Part shown: positions 59,863 to 64,000 of the stretch, piece after piece | How the letters are laid out: every line of letters begins with the position of its first letter | Position numbering within the stretch: the stretch's first letter is position 1 | Source of the DNA: Eledone cirrhosa | Taxonomy: Eukaryota | Assembly: GCA_964016885.1 (NCBI GenBank) | Contig: OZ024742.1 | Coordinates: 313,844,001 to 313,908,000, forward strand | Length of the DNA stretch: 64,000 nt | Reading direction: 5' to 3' | The notes under the pieces: model-generated | Told to the model about the DNA's origin: nothing | The model's input: the letters and a program-made list of their open reading frames with translations, nothing else | Database searches by the model: none | Translations under genes and position numbers: made by a program

Positions 59863-60065
59863 TGAAAATTTAAGTAAGTAAGTTAATTTTTTTAAAAATT
59901 TTTTAAAAAAATTTTCTTATTTTACGTCTTTTATATTATTGTTCTGCATTCTCCTGCATTGAACCACCTAGGTACTATGACATAACCTGTGTATTTGCTG
60001 GCATTAGCGTACACCTGTGCGCTTATGTTAGTTGATATATTAAATTATCTATATATATTAAATTA

Positions 60066-60108
<43 letters not shown>

Positions 60109-60219
60109 TCCATCTATGTTTTAGTTGACATGTAAAAAGGAGGTATTGTCAGTTGTCTGTAAGTATGACATGTATGTCACTTTCTAGCTTTGTGTTTCTT
60201 TTTAACTATTTGAATAGTT

Positions 60220-60420
60220 AAGGGTGGTGAACTGGCACTATCGGTATAGCACCGGTATATAGTTATATCGCTTAACGTTCTGAGTTCAAATCCCACCGAG
60301 GTTAGCTTCAAATTTCCTCCTTAGAGGGTTGATAAAATAAAGTACCAGTAACACACTGCAGTAAATTTAATCTACTTTCCCCTCTCCCAAAATAGCTGGC
60401 CTTGTGCCTAAATTAGAATA
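60220..60420 (+). mobile_element. tRNA-derived SINE, long form, diverged
   Basis: Main SINE consensus. Confidence 0.75.
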
Positions 60421-60429
60421 TTAGAATAA

Positions 60430-61140
60430 CTATGTGTTTTTGTCTACCTTATTTATTAGATGTCTGACAATATCCAGATCATCTCATATAACCACTGAAT
60501 TTGAACTTAATCTATATTAGGGGGTTGCGTTGACAAGTTAAATATTCCACCTGTGGTGTATGGATGGTGTCAGCGTAAGTTTCTTTTTAAAAATGGGCTT
60601 TCTGTGTTGTATTCTTTATTAATTTGTACTTATTGTTTGAAAAGCAGTTTTCTCTCCCATTTCTGCAACGAAATTAATACCTACTTTTAGCATTACGTTT
60701 TCATAGTTTGTAAACGTGATCAAGTAGTTTTCCTTCGTTATTATTTGTTTTGCATTGGAGAATTTAGTTTCTATTTGTTTATCAATGTTCTTGTATTTTT
60801 GCTTATTTGTGTTTGCTCTTAGTTTCATTAGTTCGATTTTGTTTCGTATTTTTGCAAGAGATAGTTTTTGTGATTCTGGCTCCTCATTAATCGGTTTGAG
60901 TTGTACCTCCCTCGGTAATATGCTTGAACGATCGATTTTATGTTTTGCGTAGTTTCTCTATGTTATTGTTGATCTGAGTATTTATCTGTCTGTCTTCATC
61001 TCCAATTCTGTGATTTTCTGTGGACTCATGAAGTTGTATAATTTTTCTTCTCAAGTGGTTAGTTTTGTACAGATTTCTTTTAGTTCTTTGAGGATTTCCT
61101 CATTATTGGTTTTCTCCGATTTTTCTATTTTAGGTGGCAT
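60430..61140 (-). pseudogene. Decayed LINE ORF1-like coiled-coil region
   Basis: MPPK...NEEILKELKEICTKLT-like start, strong A bias, multiple frameshifts. Confidence 0.3.
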
Positions 61141-61525
61141 TTTCCTAGATGTGTATAGTATGGTATAGGTTAAACATGAAAAGGTGTGAACGCTACAGAA
61201 TTCTGTGCAAGTTACGTTATCAGACCTGTCAACGAACCCCGTCTGACGGGGAGATTTTCCACCTACTTTGAGGTGGGTTAGAGATGTCTTCTATTGTGAA
61301 AATGGGTATAGTTTTCATTATGTAAAATCTTCCCATTTTGCCTCATTTCTCCCCGTTTTGGGGCACTTTTTTTCATGGTACTCCCCATTTGGGGTTTTAG
61401 AGGTTGGCAGGTCTGCCTTTTATAGGAAACATAATGAAGATTTGAAGATGTTTCTAATGTCAAATTTACAGTATACAACGAAAAGAAATTATTTCATAAA
61501 AATAAATCAAATAAACACATCACAG

Positions 61526-61649
<124 letters not shown>

Positions 61650-62646
61650 AGAATCTAATACTATGGAAGTTAGATACAGACAAATGAATATAAATGAGTA
61701 TGTACCAACCACTTCCTATGTAATCTCGTGGGACATTGCTAACGTAAAGACGAGAGAAAACAAACGTTACAAATATGTCTTCACATCAGCCGTACTTACT
61801 AATCGTTATTAACTTGGATGTTTGACAAAACTCACTTTATCATCCTACGCCGCATACCAATTACCGAGACTGTTTTTTTCTGCCATATTTACAAACTAGA
61901 CGCCTGTTTACGTATTTGTCTATCCATTTCTTTCTTTCTCTTTTCTTATTCATTTTTGATTTCCTTGTTTTTTTTCATTTTCGTGTTTCTATTTCTTATA
62001 ATTTTTCTTTTTCCTTCTTTGCTTATCTCTCTCTTTCTTTTTTTCTTTCTTTCTTTCGTTCTTTCTTTCTTCCTTTCTTTCTTTCTTTCTTTTCTTTTCA
62101 TTTCTTTTCTTTTCTCTTTCCTTCATATGTCTTTTTTTTAAAATTTACATCGCTTTTCGTCTATCTTTAATTCCCACATTATATTAATCCATCTTTCCTC
62201 CTTTCTTTCTCCCTTTCTTTTATCTATCTTTTTTTCACACCTTAAATCGTTACAGCTAATGAGTTAAAAGCTTTCTACAAAATCTAAACTTTTGCCAGTA
62301 TACCGTAAATATCAACAAGAATAGTAAAATACTTCACTAGAATCATAGTTGTCGACCTCAGTACTTCACATCTTCCTCTTCTTTATCACAACCATAAACA
62401 ACAAAAACAACTAGAAACAAATTGGTGTCTTCATTAACGAAAATTCAACCGTATGTGTGTTTGTGTGTGCGCGTTTGTGTGTATGTGTGTCTGTTTGTGT
62501 GTGTGTGTATGTGTGTGTATTTGTGTGTGTTTGTGTGTGTTTGTGTGTGTTTGAGTATGTGTGTTTGTGTGTGTGTATGTGTGTGTGTTTGTGTGTGTGT
62601 GTGTATGTGTGTGTTTGTGTGTGTGTGTGTATGTGTGTGTGTTCGT

Positions 62647-62687
<41 letters not shown>

Positions 62688-64000
62688 TGTATGTGTGTGT
62701 GTTTGTGTGTGTGTGTGTTTGTCTGTGTGTGTATGCGTGTGTGTGTATGTGTGTGTGTTTGTGTGTGTGTGTATGTGTGTGTGTGTGTTTGTGGTGTTGG
62801 TGGTGGAGGTGAGGGGTAATATCTTTTGAAACTGTAATTGGAAAAAATACTTTTGCAATTGGATTTTTAACTTTTTTATTATTATGTTTTCACTGTAGGA
62901 AATTAAAAAATTAACGTTTAGTTAGTTTTTTTTCCACACAATTTTCCACCTTTAATATTTCTATTACTTAGAATATACATTTTATAAATCTCATAAAATC
63001 AAAAGTCTCTATTATCACCTGGTCGATGATTGCTAGAACGATAGATTAGTATTGTTTTGTTTTTGTTTTCAAAACTAATTGGCACACGGAACTGTTATTG
63101 CATTTCTTCATTTTCATGGATACCGGATATTAATTATAGAGAGGTTGTGTTGATTTTTGTCTTTAGATTTGAAGAAGTGTGTGTGCTAGTTTGATATGTT
63201 CTGGAATGTTCTTGTTAATATTGCTATAATTGTGTTAGTTTAGTGACGAATACGTTAAAAATCCGATACAATGTTAAAGACAGGACCTTTATATAAATCT
63301 ATTTTAATCTATCCACCGACCAACCCCAAACATTTGCTTCTTTTGTATTCAGTAGAATGCAGAAACATGAAATAAAAGACCTAATTAAATACAATATCTA
63401 AATCAATTAAACATTTTGAAATCCTTTTGATGAATTCTAAAAAAGAAAAAATTGGAAAATAAAGCTTCCTCAACTATCTATCTGCCCCCAGAACAAATCT
63501 AAATCATTCACAATATGTCCTGATGCGAATTTCATATTGCAATAGTTCTCCGTTTATTTCGACCATGAGTGCTGAAGTTGTTCAATCAATGTAACAATCT
63601 GCTTACGAAATTAATGTGCGAATGGCCGAGGATTTTATAGATATGAATGTATGTATGGTCCCGTAATTCCTGAGTCGTAGAGGCACTGTATTGACATACG
63701 GCGTTTCTTGGGCATTTTAAGCCTAGCAGAGTCCATCCCTCTCCAGGCCTGAGTACAGCAGATTTCTTACAGAGAAAGATAGAAAGGGAGATAGAGGAAA
63801 TGAGAAAGAGATATAGAAGAAGAATCCACCCAGTACTAGACTGGTACATTTTTTTATCGACCTCGAAATGATGAAAGGCAAAGTTGACCTCGGCGGGATT
63901 TGAACTCAGAGAGCAGAGAACCAGAACGAATACGTGGTAGGGGGGGGGGAGGTGTCAAACAGATAATGATTTCTAGTATAGGCACAAGGCCAACAATTTT

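Larger units (their letters stand above)
59015..60070. mobile_element. Retrozyme-like element: minus-strand >1 unit (~548 bp) flipping into a plus-strand partial unit
   Basis: taaaagacgta.aataagaaaa at ~59013 and ~59563 gives terminal redundancy; inversion at ~59586; homologous to 7657-8989. Confidence 0.8.

Overview
Eukaryotic, AT-rich and microsatellite-saturated DNA. The SINE families point to an octopod cephalopod (Octopus-like; inferred by recognition, not by a database search). No intact host gene is evident, and nearly all long ORFs in the track are translations of (TA)n, (CA)n or minisatellites. Transposon content: ~25 copies of one tRNA-derived SINE; a full-length but pseudogenised Buster/SPIN-type hAT transposon with TIRs and 8-bp TSD (23009-25919); an internally deleted mariner with 102-bp TIRs (32992-33887); a non-autonomous Helitron; and RTE, CRE, R4/Dong and Jockey/CR1 LINE fragments. 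There is also a perfect 41x39-bp minisatellite. The most striking signal is a dense set of short elements inside (TA)n tracts, arranged as asymmetric foldbacks or ~525-550-bp head-to-tail units. Many carry type I hammerhead ribozyme (HHR) motifs with palindromic stem III: about 19 motifs from at least 8 families, all folded by hand. They include compensatory stem II changes between two related families and U3-A8, A13C and G8A core variants. One family is linked to a Penelope GIY-YIG remnant, so the window appears to hold a cephalopod Penelope/retrozyme-like ribozyme-retroelement system.
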